IMG/VR virus record: IMGVR_UViG_3300009601_000004
Location: 28,737-92,736 of that record
Reading direction: 5' to 3' (one strand)
Source: a virus
Length of the DNA: 64,000 nt
Positions 20,043 to 30,414 of this stretch are shown one piece after another. Made by a program: the position numbers and the translations under genes. The notes beneath the pieces were generated by a model. That model worked only from the letters and a program-made list of their open reading frames with translations. It did not search any database and was not told where the DNA came from. The stretch's first letter is position 1, and each line of letters begins with the position of its first letter.

Positions 20043-21505
20043 TCGTAGGCCAGGGCGGCGGCTATGGCACTTCCGTCGTGCTCTTGGCGGTCTTGCCCGG
20101 TGTCAGCTGCCAGCGCCGGCTCGGGTGCCACGGCTTGTGGTACAGGTGGCACGATCTGACCGTTCACGACGCCGACGACGCGGGGAGCGGCTGGGGGGAC
20201 CAAGTCGCGCCTTGGCGTGATCAGCACAGTGTCCCCGAATTGTTCGCGCTTGATTTTGGCCTCACATGCGTCGGCCTCTTCGATCGATGTGCTGTAGTGG
20301 TCGTGGGCGAGCCCTGGGACCTTTCGTACAAAGATGGCTTCCGACTGTGCCAAGTGGTCGAGAATTTCCCGCGTGTGACGGAGCGACATCGCAGGGCGGC
20401 AGCGCCTCAGCACTTCGGGGAACGACCGAAGGCCCCCTTGTACGGCTTCGAGCACGGCGCGGCGTTCGCGGCCGTAACGGTCGGTGTCAATCGCGTTGAG
20501 TGTGGAGACCACGCTTGCCAAGTGTAGGTCGGCGAACGTCGTACCCCAGCCCATCGAGCGGTCGTCTATGTACCAAGGGCGGCCGTTGCTTTTGCTGGCG
20601 TTGCCGATGTCCGAGCTGATGGTCACCGCAGCTTTGAGCGCTACCGACATGGCACGAGCGTAGGTAGGACGGGTCCACTGGTCTCGGCTACCGGCGCCCA
20701 TCGCTTCGAGGTTGCGGGCCCACGCCTCTACACGAGCCCTCGCCTTGTCGGTGAAGCCAAGGCAAGGGCCTACACGGTGGTCTAGTTTGCGCCGTAGTGC
20801 CTCTACAAGTGTGACCCGTGTGGGTTCATCCCAGGGGGGCAGGAAGGCCAGACGCGAGCGTTTAGCGTGGACTAGAATCCATCGAGACATGCCGCCGTCT
20901 GTCCAGTCGTGGATGCCCGTGTGCTTTTCAAGAACACCCAACGCGACGCAGGCGAGCAGAGAGACGCGAGGCCGCTCGATGGTGATGACAGCGCCTTTGC
21001 TGCGCTTCTCAATGACGTTGCCGTCCCAGGTGCTAAGCAGCCCCTCACGCATGGAGGCCTTGTAGGAACCGGCAGTCGTGCCCGCCAAGAACTTCGCCCA
21101 CTCCCCGTAAAACATGAACAGCTGCGGGCGCTCCCCTAGATCCTCCAGGAACTTTGCCTCCGACTCGTAGCCGCCGACACTGCACAGGTCAGGCTCTACG
21201 TCGCGCAGCATCTTGTGCGCCAGGCTACCCGCCGTCGTCTTCCGGCTATCCCCAGCCTCTCCGACCAACATGCACCAGATTGTGCAAGACATCCCACCGT
21301 AGACCGGAATCAGCACGTCTGGGTCGACGGTCGCCGACAACATAGCGAGCGCTGACGCCAGATGGAAAGCGACGGGTGCGTCTGTGACAGCGGAGGCCCA
21401 AGTAACGTACTTCTCTAAGAAGCCGCCTTTGGGCACCGCTTTGCGTGCGATGTTGTCAGGGACCAACCGTGTGCCTTCGTTGTGAGTTTCGCCGTGGACT
21501 GCCAA
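20039..21505 (-). CDS. DUF3987-like P-loop protein (primase-associated helicase type)
   Basis: TDAP..FH, LVGEAGDSRKTT, LLSTWDG, GGMSRW. Confidence 0.7.
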   Translation of the reverse strand: MAVHGETHNEGTRLVPDNIARKAVPKGGFLEKYVTWASAVTDAPVAFHLASALAMLSATVDPDVLIPVYGGMSCTIWCMLVGEAGDSRKTTAGSLAHKMLRDVEPDLCSVGGYESEAKFLEDLGERPQLFMFYGEWAKFLAGTTAGSYKASMREGLLSTWDGNVIEKRSKGAVITIERPRVSLLACVALGVLEKHTGIHDWTDGGMSRWILVHAKRSRLAFLPPWDEPTRVTLVEALRRKLDHRVGPCLGFTDKARARVEAWARNLEAMGAGSRDQWTRPTYARAMSVALKAAVTISSDIGNASKSNGRPWYIDDRSMGWGTTFADLHLASVVSTLNAIDTDRYGRERRAVLEAVQGGLRSFPEVLRRCRPAMSLRHTREILDHLAQSEAIFVRKVPGLAHDHYSTSIEEADACEAKIKREQFGDTVLITPRRDLVPPAAPRVVGVVNGQIVPPVPQAVAPEPALAADTGQDRQEHDGSAIAAALAYE

Positions 21506-21603
21506 GCTACCGGGGGGATCGACTCAACGCAAGGGACTAGCACCATCACGATCGTGTCGGTATAGTGCGCTACCCGCCGCTAACGCGGGGAAAGGAGATC
21601 TGC

Positions 21604-21984
21604 ATGGCGATACTCATTCCGGCCAACGGGCTTTGGACCCACACCAAGACGGGGCGCATTTACCGCGTCCTAGAGTGCAAGGCGCTCTACCAGTCTAGCG
21701 TTGCCGAAGCACTCGATGGCACAACGTCAGTGAGGTACCGCATGGCGCGACTCGATGAGCTGCTGTTGTGCTTCCCCCCCACTGGGTGGCCCACCGCCAT
21801 CCGACCCGACGCCGTTGGTGTTGAAGGCCTCGACTTGGAATTTGACCGGCAGATAGATGAGTTCGTGGAAAAGTTTGCGCCCATGACTACCGCCGATCTA
21901 GCGCGCGTCATCTTAGCGGCTGGGACGCCCAGCGAGGGTCCAGAGAACCCACCAGACTTGGTAGGTGAGGAGAGCATCGGGTAG
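21604..21984 (+). CDS. DUF1653-like small protein
   Basis: WTHTKTGRIYRVL ... EF.EKF; GGAG RBS. Confidence 0.45.
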   Translation: MAILIPANGLWTHTKTGRIYRVLECKALYQSSVAEALDGTTSVRYRMARLDELLLCFPPTGWPTAIRPDAVGVEGLDLEFDRQIDEFVEKFAPMTTADLARVILAAGTPSEGPENPPDLVGEESIG

Positions 21985-22611
21985 CGCCCGATGGAGCTGC
22001 GTACCGCCGTCCTGCAGGATGCCGAGACGCTTGCACAACACTTCGAGCTTGAACACCTTGGAGCCTGTTGGATGCGCGTCTCGCGCCATCTGGTACAGAC
22101 AGTCCTCTGCCCATGGCACTTGGAAGTTTTCGACGTGTTGGAACGTCTTTTTGACCATGCGCTGGTCAAAAGACTTGTTGTAGGCGGCGACCGTCACGCC
22201 AGGTGGCCAGACGCCGCTCCACATACAGAAGTTGTACCAGGCTTCCCAGGGTGTGGGAGCGTGCCGTAGGTCTGTCAGCTCGATGTCGTTGCATTTGAAC
22301 GCGTGGCGGCTACCCAAAGGTGCCACCTCTCCAGGGGGCGGCCACTGCACAAGGCTGTCAAATGTGGAGAGGATGGAGCCGTCTACGTCTACGGCGACCG
22401 CGCCCAGCTCGACAACCTCTGCCCATTCATTGTGGGGAAGTCCGCTTGTCTCGGTGTCCAAGATGACAAAGGGGGGTAGCGGCATCTTGAGGCCGCGAAG
22501 GTCGTGTAGCAAGCCCACAGCCGTGGGGTTGTCTGGTATTTCAGGCAGTGTGACATACTGCACACCTTTGGCTACCGGCGGCTGTCCTGCTAAATCACTG
22601 TGCTCAACCAT
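21913..22611 (-). CDS. DEDDh 3'-5' exonuclease (DnaQ-like)
   Basis: LDTETSG, AYNKSFD, HRALPDA. Confidence 0.88.
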   Translation of the reverse strand: MVEHSDLAGQPPVAKGVQYVTLPEIPDNPTAVGLLHDLRGLKMPLPPFVILDTETSGLPHNEWAEVVELGAVAVDVDGSILSTFDSLVQWPPPGEVAPLGSRHAFKCNDIELTDLRHAPTPWEAWYNFCMWSGVWPPGVTVAAYNKSFDQRMVKKTFQHVENFQVPWAEDCLYQMARDAHPTGSKVFKLEVLCKRLGILQDGGTQLHRALPDALLTYQVWWVLWTLAGRPSR

Positions 22612-22651
22612 GTGCTCTCCTACCCTAGACAAGCACCCTACCACGTCCAGA

Positions 22652-22661
22652 CGCTAGACTG
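22652..22661 (+). promoter_or_regulatory. CGCTAGACTG motif copy 1 (candidate promoter element)
   Basis: Exact 10-mer about 20 nt upstream of ATG 22681. Confidence 0.55.
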
Positions 22662-22680
22662 TACGCAGGAGGTACCTTCA

Positions 22681-23133
22681 ATGGACCCAGTAGCAACCGA
22701 TTCCAGTGCGCCGTATGTGACCACCGACACCGACATCGACACCGACACCGACAGTGGCACTGCTGGCGTGTCGGTCGTGATTGACCCCATACTACCGCCG
22801 GGTGCCTTTGACCCTACCGACCCGATGTTCACGGCTGTGGCGGTCATCGTCGCCATTACGGTCACCGCCGCTGCCCGCAAGCTCAGCAAGGTTAAACCGG
22901 CACTGGCCTCGCTGATGTCTGCCATCACGCCACCGTTTGCGATACTGCTCGCCGTGTTTGCGCGGGCGGCTGCAGACATTGTCTGGGGTGTGCCCTTCAG
23001 CGCTGACGTGCTGGGGCAGGGCCTTTTTGCTGGGGTGGGCGCTGTCACTGGCCACACGTCGTGGTTGAGCTTTACCAAGCACTTCCCGGCCTTCATCTCA
23101 CTGCTGTTCCGCAAGACGTCAGCCGATGAGTGA
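22681..23133 (+). CDS. Multi-pass membrane protein (holin-like candidate)
   Basis: AGGAGG RBS; about three hydrophobic segments; acidic DT-repeat N-terminus. Confidence 0.5.
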   Translation: MDPVATDSSAPYVTTDTDIDTDTDSGTAGVSVVIDPILPPGAFDPTDPMFTAVAVIVAITVTAAARKLSKVKPALASLMSAITPPFAILLAVFARAAADIVWGVPFSADVLGQGLFAGVGAVTGHTSWLSFTKHFPAFISLLFRKTSADE

Positions 23134-23797
23134 CCCTTTCGACGAGTACACCGAGTTCCTTGACAGGCTCCCTCGGATGCCGACGAACCCTAGCCCAGCG
23201 GAACAAAGCCACTTTATGGCGGAAATGTGGCGGTCGGCGTCAGCTAACTCCATGGTGCTGGCTCGTGTCGTGCGTGAAAACACGCAGGCACACAAAGACG
23301 GTAGCTCGCTGTACCGTGAGCTACTGGAGGAGCGGCGGGAAGCTCTGCGGCGCCAGGCGGGCCGTACGGATCACAGCCAGGTCGCCGCCGACCTTTTGTC
23401 TGTAGGGCCCCCACCAGCACCGCCGATGAGCGCGCCGTTGTCCGTGCCCGTCCTGCCGTCTCTGATGACCCAGCCAGCCCCGCTACCAGCCCCAGCTGTA
23501 GAGATTGTGGCCCCAGCGGCCAGCGCACCGGCAGGGCCGGTAGCCGTCGCCAAACACTGGTTAGACCGACTAAGAGAACTGCCTCTACCCATTCAGCTTA
23601 CCTCGCTTGTCCTGGGTCTTGGCTTCTTGGGCATCATCGTAGGATTCTTTCGTTTGGACATGCAGTACAAGGAAGCATCCATCCGAAGCAATTCCGCAGG
23701 TGCCACGGAATTGGTTTCACCTGTTGCGCCTGTTGCGCCTGTTGAAACATCGGAGATGTCGACGCGCGACGGAACTGGATCCACCAACCTAGACTAG
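23126..23797 (+). CDS. Single-pass membrane protein
   Basis: LTSLVLGLGFLGIIVGFF segment; Pro-rich linker. Confidence 0.55.
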   Translation: MSDPFDEYTEFLDRLPRMPTNPSPAEQSHFMAEMWRSASANSMVLARVVRENTQAHKDGSSLYRELLEERREALRRQAGRTDHSQVAADLLSVGPPPAPPMSAPLSVPVLPSLMTQPAPLPAPAVEIVAPAASAPAGPVAVAKHWLDRLRELPLPIQLTSLVLGLGFLGIIVGFFRLDMQYKEASIRSNSAGATELVSPVAPVAPVETSEMSTRDGTGSTNLD

Positions 23798-23889
23798 ACA
23801 GTTTCCTAGTTTGATGCTGGACAGTTGCCGTTGAGTCCCTGCTTTTGTGTATCACGCCACCCGTAGGGACACGCCTATTATCGGCTGAA

Positions 23890-23910
23890 AACCAAGGTTA
23901 AACCTTGGTT
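23890..23910. repeat. 21-bp inverted repeat AACCAAGGTT-A-AACCTTGGTT in an AT-rich intergenic region
   Basis: Read directly from sequence; arms are perfect complements. Confidence 0.85.
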
Positions 23911-24024
23911 ATTAGCTAAAAACCATAATACTTGCTTATCGTCGGTGTGTAGTGTTAGGCTTTGCCTCGTGAGTCCCTGGGAAGAGACTTCACGTAGGCG
24001 AAACACACCAAGAAAGGCGAGAAC

Positions 24025-25065
24025 ATGGCGAAAGGGGTAGACCCTGACCTTCGGTCAGTGGACAAGAGTAGTGAAGAGAACACCGAAGGTGAGACCTCAC
24101 CTGCTGCGAAGTACACCGAAGCTCTCAATGCGGGCGACGACCCACATCAGGACTTCGTCCTAGTGCCCAAGGCCACTCGGTCTAAGGGTATTGACTGGTG
24201 GAAGGAGTTGGGTCTTGTCGAAGACGGTCCACAAGCCTCGGATGACCGCTTCTTTGCCCCTCGGGCGCTGACAGGGCGCTACAGCAGCAGCGAGCCAGAG
24301 ATGCAGCGTATGCCCCCAAAGGTGGGAAGCCGTCGCCATCTGCGTGAGCAGGACGCGTACGAAGCTCGCTTCAAGGCAGGGGAAGACTTCGTCGTAGCCG
24401 ACGACGACCTCGCCAAGCTAGAGATGCGCATTGCAGCGACAACCCCGCTCGACCTCTTCAACATTCTGCGGAAGGGTGTCGGCCTCAGCACGGTGGAGCG
24501 CAGCCGAGCGCTAAACCGCCGCCTTGGGGCTGTGGAACGCGGTACCGAGATGCACCGCCGCATCGCAGCCGGTGAAGACCCCACGGGTGTCGTTGCTGCC
24601 TTGGACGAAGCACGGAAGAGTGGTCAGTTCGTGGTCCTCGACGACTTTAGCCTGATGGTCCCACCGCCGACACCCGAGCAACGCACAGTGGTCAATGACC
24701 TCTTGGCCCTTGTGAGCGCTGCTATTGCCCCCACTGACCTTGAGCCCTTCCCCGACGACGCCGACAACTGGAAGCAGGGCCTTCCCACAGGCGAGGACAC
24801 GGTTGTCGGCATTGACAACGGCAGCTCTAGTCACCAGATCATCACCCCTGCGCCCGTCGGCATCCAGTGTGGCAGCTGTGATGTCGCTTGGTACGCCGAC
24901 TCGAACGGCATGGTGACCATGCAGGTGTCCCGTGGTGTCGCTCGCGTGATCACAGATGAGACCGTCCAAATCGCCCCTGCTGTGCTGCCCTACAACTGTG
25001 CTTGCCCTCATTGTGGCAGTGGCGCGCTCAACCCTGTGAAGACACTACCGGAGACCTCCCCATGA
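24025..25065 (+). CDS. Hypothetical protein carrying a PolA palm-like fragment and C-terminal zinc ribbon
   Basis: TGRYSSSEPEMQRMP and ADDDLAKLEMRIAA resemble motifs in the window's own PolA; CGSC..CPHC. Confidence 0.55.
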   Translation: MAKGVDPDLRSVDKSSEENTEGETSPAAKYTEALNAGDDPHQDFVLVPKATRSKGIDWWKELGLVEDGPQASDDRFFAPRALTGRYSSSEPEMQRMPPKVGSRRHLREQDAYEARFKAGEDFVVADDDLAKLEMRIAATTPLDLFNILRKGVGLSTVERSRALNRRLGAVERGTEMHRRIAAGEDPTGVVAALDEARKSGQFVVLDDFSLMVPPPTPEQRTVVNDLLALVSAAIAPTDLEPFPDDADNWKQGLPTGEDTVVGIDNGSSSHQIITPAPVGIQCGSCDVAWYADSNGMVTMQVSRGVARVITDETVQIAPAVLPYNCACPHCGSGALNPVKTLPETSP

Positions 25066-25406
25066 GTAAGCGCATATTCCACGTCACTGCCCACGCCTAC
25101 GCGGACACCGGTGGCTCTGACATCGAAGCCGATAGCGCTGATGCTGCCATGGAAATTTACGTTGAAATGGACGAAGCGTCACCGTCGGTCTGTCACCAGT
25201 GCTCAGAGGGTGTGCAGTTTGGCGACTTTTTCATGCACACCGTGCAGGAAGGTGGCAAGGAAGTGTACAACGACCTTCCTTCTGCTGGGGAACGTCGCGA
25301 GATTGTGGCGCTGTTGGGCGCTATTGAGGCGTCGGTTAGCGTAAATGGTACCTTAGAGCCGGCTGACATTGCGCTGCGTCTGCGGGGTATCCTCCATGGA
25401 GCGTAG
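25062..25406 (+). CDS. Hypothetical protein
   Basis: ATGA coupling, GGAG RBS. Confidence 0.5.
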   Translation: MSKRIFHVTAHAYADTGGSDIEADSADAAMEIYVEMDEASPSVCHQCSEGVQFGDFFMHTVQEGGKEVYNDLPSAGERREIVALLGAIEASVSVNGTLEPADIALRLRGILHGA

Positions 25407-26676
25407 TCGACAGCAGCAACGCCTGTTCATCACGGTGGGCAGTAACCACCTTGAGGACTTCATCGACAAGGTCGCAGCGGAGGCGGAGACGCTGCGCACA
25501 TCACACGGCAAGGGTGCGGTTGCGTTGGTGTTCAACACTTTCGACACGCGCCGTGCCGTGTCCTGGGAACTGGGTGCAAGCCTACGCGATTACCTCCTGT
25601 ACGCCGTGGACACGTTCATACTGCGCGATCAGGCAGAGGAGCCGGCCATTGCTGCGGTGCTCGTTGTGGGCCCTCCTACGTACGCGCGTTTGATGAAGGT
25701 GGACAGCCGGTTCACACAGGGGGCCAACCCCATGCGCGCACAGGTCACCTACATTGCTACGGCTCCTGACATGGAGGAGCTGCGCCGGAACCTAGCGTCG
25801 ATCGACACAGCACTCAGTGAGGCAGCGGCCAACGCCGACAGGACCGCTAGTGCACTGCAGGTGTCGGAACGTCAGGCCGCCCTTGCTCTGCAGCACGAAC
25901 AGGACCGCAAGGAAGCCGTAGAGCGCACAAAGCAGAGCTTGCGTGACTTAGGGGGCCAGTTCAGCATCGAGACCGTGGGCATGGATGACGTCCGAGACCC
26001 TACCAAAAATGCGGGTGCCGCTTCCGAGCTGTCACGCCTAGAGCTGACCCGACACATGGCGCTTGACGACGTGAACCACCGTGCGCAGATAGGCGCACTC
26101 GAAGACCTGCTAAACGAGATTGCGCGGGACTTGGGTACGAAGCCTGGAGACTTCCAAGCGCTGCGCTCTGCTATCCTCCAAACCCGCCTGGGGCGCAACG
26201 CACCTGAGTTGTGGGCTGCGTGGATGACAGGCACCGTAGATTTGATGGGGATGCAAGCACTACCCCGTGTCGGCCACATGGCACCCATCCACCACGCCGT
26301 GCGCGCCATGATGCAAGCGCATCAATCAGACTCGACAGACCGCAAAGTCACGCTCAAGGAGCAAGCCGTCTTAGAGGCTGCGGCACCTACCCTTGCGCTG
26401 ATGGAGACGGCTACAGGCAACCTGCGTAAGCTGTTCAGTGAAGCGGCTGAACGTGCCGAAGAACGCCGCCAGCAGGCCGCTGCGGGCACCGACACACCAC
26501 AGGCCGTGGTCCAGGGTCTCGACGACTTGCTCGTCCGTGTGAAGGCCCTCGGTGTCCGCGACGACATGACCGAAGGTGAGCAAAACGCCATGAACATCGT
26601 GGCATCTCATCTAAGCACGCTTCAGCGCACCGCTGAAGCTCTACTTCCCCCCATCAACATCCCGGCGGCTACATGA
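25396..26676 (+). CDS. Coiled-coil hypothetical protein
   Basis: Long ORF with heptad-rich Ala/Glu/Leu segments. Confidence 0.6.
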   Translation: MERSRQQQRLFITVGSNHLEDFIDKVAAEAETLRTSHGKGAVALVFNTFDTRRAVSWELGASLRDYLLYAVDTFILRDQAEEPAIAAVLVVGPPTYARLMKVDSRFTQGANPMRAQVTYIATAPDMEELRRNLASIDTALSEAAANADRTASALQVSERQAALALQHEQDRKEAVERTKQSLRDLGGQFSIETVGMDDVRDPTKNAGAASELSRLELTRHMALDDVNHRAQIGALEDLLNEIARDLGTKPGDFQALRSAILQTRLGRNAPELWAAWMTGTVDLMGMQALPRVGHMAPIHHAVRAMMQAHQSDSTDRKVTLKEQAVLEAAAPTLALMETATGNLRKLFSEAAERAEERRQQAAAGTDTPQAVVQGLDDLLVRVKALGVRDDMTEGEQNAMNIVASHLSTLQRTAEALLPPINIPAAT

Positions 26677-27044
26677 ACTACGACCACAGTCTGCACAAGT
26701 GCAACGAAGAGACCTGCCAAGTCTGCCGGGGTGGCCTCGCCTTCTGTGAGGTCTGTAGCGGCGGGGAAGGGAGTCTCCCAACGTCGTGCCCTGGCCGTAC
26801 TATGACAAGTGAAGAGGGTGACGAGGTCTACGGGGCACGCCGCGACTGGGCAGTCATCGCAGGCCACCGTGTGGAGCTTGTACGTGCCCACTACCAAGAC
26901 CCCTGGCAGGAGGCAGCACGGTCTGTGACGCAGCGTCTTGACCGCCCTAACGCGGCGCCTGTTGTCGACTCTGCCTCCGATGCGCAGCTAGGGTCATACG
27001 CTCGGACCTTCTCCTCCCTTACTGCGCGGACGGACAGAGCATGA
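26673..27044 (+). CDS. Cys-rich small phage-type protein
   Basis: CQVC..CEVC..EGSLPTSCPG. Confidence 0.55.
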   Translation: MNYDHSLHKCNEETCQVCRGGLAFCEVCSGGEGSLPTSCPGRTMTSEEGDEVYGARRDWAVIAGHRVELVRAHYQDPWQEAARSVTQRLDRPNAAPVVDSASDAQLGSYARTFSSLTARTDRA

Positions 27045-28273
27045 ACCCGCTCAAGCAACTAGCAGCTCGTGGGGCCATCTACGCTCAGCGCTACACGGGA
27101 AGTGCGGGCCAGATTGCACGCCGCACCAGTGACATCGTCGAGACGTGGTTTCACGCGCAAGAGGGTCCAGCCATCCTGCGGGGAGTGGCCGCCGTGTCCA
27201 TCCTGAGCCAGCTGGCCGACCTTGTCCACACCATGTGGGACTTTGACCAGCTGATAGTAGCTGCAGGGTGGGAGCTAGTGCCTATGGGCAAGGATGCGCA
27301 CACAGCCCTCATCACACGACTACGACCCTTTGCTCTGCGCTCACCGGACATCGAAGACGACGACGGGGAAGGCCTAAGCGTCCTCACCTGGGTCGACGAG
27401 CACGGGCGGGCCGTTGTGATGGCGACCGAAAACAGGTGGGACGAAAAGTTTGCAGAAGTCGAGCCCGGTGCTCTTGATGCCCTGATCGGGTTTCATGTGT
27501 GGAGCCAGCCTATTTTGGAGGTTGTGCGGACCACCGACGAGGACGGCAGACACACAGTCACGCTGAACCCCTGCTCTGAGCCTGACCGGACCTTGGTGGG
27601 CAACCAGGTCCAGTCTGTGCAACAGGCTTGTGTGGTGTCGGAGGATACGCGGATTGTGGCTGTGCTGGGCTCGACGGGGTCAGGCAAGACATCCAGCGTC
27701 TATCAAGCGCTGTCAGGCCGTCGCGTGCTCTGCAACGTGGGGAACGTGCTGAGCCCGAGTAGCCTGATGGTGTTGGTACGCACGCTCAAGCCGGACGTGG
27801 TGGTTCTAGATGACCTAGAGATGTCAGACGACTTCGACGCCGGTCTAGGGCGGGCACTTGACCAGCTGCACCAAGAGGTACCGCTGGTCATCATCACCGT
27901 GATGCTGGACGAGTTCCTGTCGGTAGAGGAGATGGAAGCTGGGGCAATGTACTGGTCTGGAATGCGACCGGGCCGCATTGATCAGTTTGTGTTCATCGGC
28001 AAGCTCGATGACGGTGACCGCGCGAAGGTGCTCGATCTGTACGGGTGCCCTCCATCGCTGCTCGCAGAGGCCGTAGCAGGCACAGGCTGCCTTAGTGCTG
28101 CGTATCTACGGGAGACGGCCCTACGTCTCAAAGCGGGGGGTGACCTCGCTACGACGCTCCGCGACATCCGCCTGCAAGCCCCCATCGAGATGTCCCCGGA
28201 TGGCCTCGACTCGCAGGGCAAGCATTCGCGCAAATCTGTCACCACACCCGATGAAAACGAGGACAGCCCATGA
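27041..28273 (+). CDS. AAA+ ATPase
   Basis: GSTGSGKT, VVVLDD, RPGRID (second region of homology). Confidence 0.8.
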   Translation: MNPLKQLAARGAIYAQRYTGSAGQIARRTSDIVETWFHAQEGPAILRGVAAVSILSQLADLVHTMWDFDQLIVAAGWELVPMGKDAHTALITRLRPFALRSPDIEDDDGEGLSVLTWVDEHGRAVVMATENRWDEKFAEVEPGALDALIGFHVWSQPILEVVRTTDEDGRHTVTLNPCSEPDRTLVGNQVQSVQQACVVSEDTRIVAVLGSTGSGKTSSVYQALSGRRVLCNVGNVLSPSSLMVLVRTLKPDVVVLDDLEMSDDFDAGLGRALDQLHQEVPLVIITVMLDEFLSVEEMEAGAMYWSGMRPGRIDQFVFIGKLDDGDRAKVLDLYGCPPSLLAEAVAGTGCLSAAYLRETALRLKAGGDLATTLRDIRLQAPIEMSPDGLDSQGKHSRKSVTTPDENEDSP

Positions 28274-30414
28274 GACCGATTGCACTCCCCCCAGCACCAG
28301 GCACTGCAGCTACGGTTGACAACCGCAAAGTTAGCTACCCTGCGCATACCCGTCGCAAGGTGCAAGCCGCGCTTGACCGGCTCGACCCTGACCAGACGCG
28401 CAGCTCACAAGCTGTGCGAGCTGGCAAGCGGGGCGCGCTACGCATTGCAGCGACCGCAGGGTCAGGCAAGACGACGTCGCTAATCGCAACGCTCGCAGCG
28501 CTCATCGTGCTTGATGACGTGGACCCTCGCGAGATCTGCGCAGTCACGTTCACAAACAAGGCGGGTACCGAGATGCGCGAGCGCCTCGCACACCTCATTG
28601 GCCTAGTGCCCAAGGGCCTGCGCATGGGTACGTTTCACGCCCTTGCCCTGTCACGTCTTCGCGAGCTGGACAAGGACCGTGGGTGGGCGAATGACCGCAA
28701 CCTCGACATCGCACGGTTTGACTCCGCCATACCGTCATCTAAAGAGATGTGGGAGTCAATCATAGGCTGGCGGCGAGGTGGCGTCTTTGGCAGTGAAGAG
28801 AAGTCCTTGTCTATCGACGGGGCGGATTGGCAAGAATACCAGCTTGTGGTCGACCAGCTTCGAGGGTCCGGTTTGCGCGTCAGTGACGACCCCCTCAAGG
28901 TGGCGGAAGCCTGCGAAAAGAAAGGTCTGCCCAGTCTGTACACGGCGTGGAAGCTGTTCGCTGGCGGCAAATCGCAGCTCAACATCTGGGACTTTGCCGA
29001 TGCCCTAGACGCCTATCTCGACCTCATCACAGACGGTCGGGAGCCTTGGACGCCTCGGTACATCGTGGTGGATGAGGCCCAAGATAACAACATGGTGCAG
29101 CTGTCTGTCGCCATGGCTCAGCGCGCTGTGACTGACGGTACATTGGTGCTCGTCGGTGACGGCTCACAGAGCATCTACGAATGGCGTGGCGCGACGCCGG
29201 AGGTATTTTGCAAAGCAGACACTCTCATACCGGGCACTGAAACGACCACGCTACCCAACAACTACCGCTCTGTCCCGGCCATCGTAGCGCTGGGCAACCG
29301 AGTCGGCGAAACACTGGGGAACGAGTGGACTGCCGGCCTTGTCGCCCGTGCCATCCGCCGCAGTGTGCCAAGCATCCAGCCTGTGGGGGCACTCGTAGGC
29401 AAAGACCCACTGATGACCGCCTACCTAGCAGCCGACGTCATTGCCAAGGCCGTGAAGGAAGGGGGAAAGCCCGACGACTTCGCTATCCTCATCCGCACCA
29501 ACAACGCCGCCGCTCTCTACGAGGGTGCGCTCATGGCGAGGGGCATTCCATGTGTCCGCTGGGGCGGTACGCCTTTCTGGGAACGACACGACGTGCTCGG
29601 TTTCGTCGGGTACCTTCTGTTGGCGGAAGGCGGCAAAGGTGGTCGGGTAGCTGACACAACGCTCGTGCAGGACGGTGGGGCCTTCCGGCGCATTGTCAAT
29701 CAACCTCTGCGCTACTTGCCCCGTGCGTGGACTGACGCCGTCGTAGACCGTGTCTACAACGGAGCCCCCTTGGTAGAGGCCATTCGGGATGAGCGCAGAG
29801 GCCTGAAACAAAAGAGCCAAGTGCGAACAGGCGAACTTGCCAGTTTCATCGAGCGCATTCAAGGCCACAGCTGGGAACACACCCTGTCAGTCGTGCGGCG
29901 CAAGATGGTCGAGGGAATCCCAAGGGACAATGGTCAGCAACCTGACGAAGAGAAACGCGCGGTTCCTGCGACATGCGCCGGCATCGCCAAGCGCGAATAC
30001 TGCGGTGGGGAGCCGATGAGCAATGGCCTGCAATTCGCGCGGTACGCTGATGCAGGTGCGCGCAACGCGGCGCGGGCAAATGGTCAAATCCCGGAGGGTA
30101 GGACCGTCCTGTCCACCGTCCACCGTTTCAAGGGCCTAGAACGCCCCCGCGTCATCATTCCGATGGAAGATGGCCTATTCCCACACAAAAACTCGAAGGG
30201 TGACCCTGGCCGTTACGGCGAAGAACAGCGTTTGTTCTACGTGGCTGTGACCCGTGGACGTGACCAGGTGTTGGTCACATGCTCACGCGCCAACCTAGAT
30301 GGCGAGCCTCTTGGCACGTCGGACTTTGTGGACTTCCTGCCTGATGACGTGCGTAGCGACATCAAGGACGCCATGGCTATCGACGACTACGGCGACGAGG
30401 GGTACGAAGAATGA
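28270..30414 (+). CDS. UvrD/PcrA-family SF1 helicase
   Basis: AGSGKT, TFTNKA, DEAQD, VGD.SQSIYEWRGA, NYRS, TVH..KGLE, EEQRLFYVAVTR. Confidence 0.93.
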   Translation: MRPIALPPAPGTAATVDNRKVSYPAHTRRKVQAALDRLDPDQTRSSQAVRAGKRGALRIAATAGSGKTTSLIATLAALIVLDDVDPREICAVTFTNKAGTEMRERLAHLIGLVPKGLRMGTFHALALSRLRELDKDRGWANDRNLDIARFDSAIPSSKEMWESIIGWRRGGVFGSEEKSLSIDGADWQEYQLVVDQLRGSGLRVSDDPLKVAEACEKKGLPSLYTAWKLFAGGKSQLNIWDFADALDAYLDLITDGREPWTPRYIVVDEAQDNNMVQLSVAMAQRAVTDGTLVLVGDGSQSIYEWRGATPEVFCKADTLIPGTETTTLPNNYRSVPAIVALGNRVGETLGNEWTAGLVARAIRRSVPSIQPVGALVGKDPLMTAYLAADVIAKAVKEGGKPDDFAILIRTNNAAALYEGALMARGIPCVRWGGTPFWERHDVLGFVGYLLLAEGGKGGRVADTTLVQDGGAFRRIVNQPLRYLPRAWTDAVVDRVYNGAPLVEAIRDERRGLKQKSQVRTGELASFIERIQGHSWEHTLSVVRRKMVEGIPRDNGQQPDEEKRAVPATCAGIAKREYCGGEPMSNGLQFARYADAGARNAARANGQIPEGRTVLSTVHRFKGLERPRVIIPMEDGLFPHKNSKGDPGRYGEEQRLFYVAVTRGRDQVLVTCSRANLDGEPLGTSDFVDFLPDDVRSDIKDAMAIDDYGDEGYEE

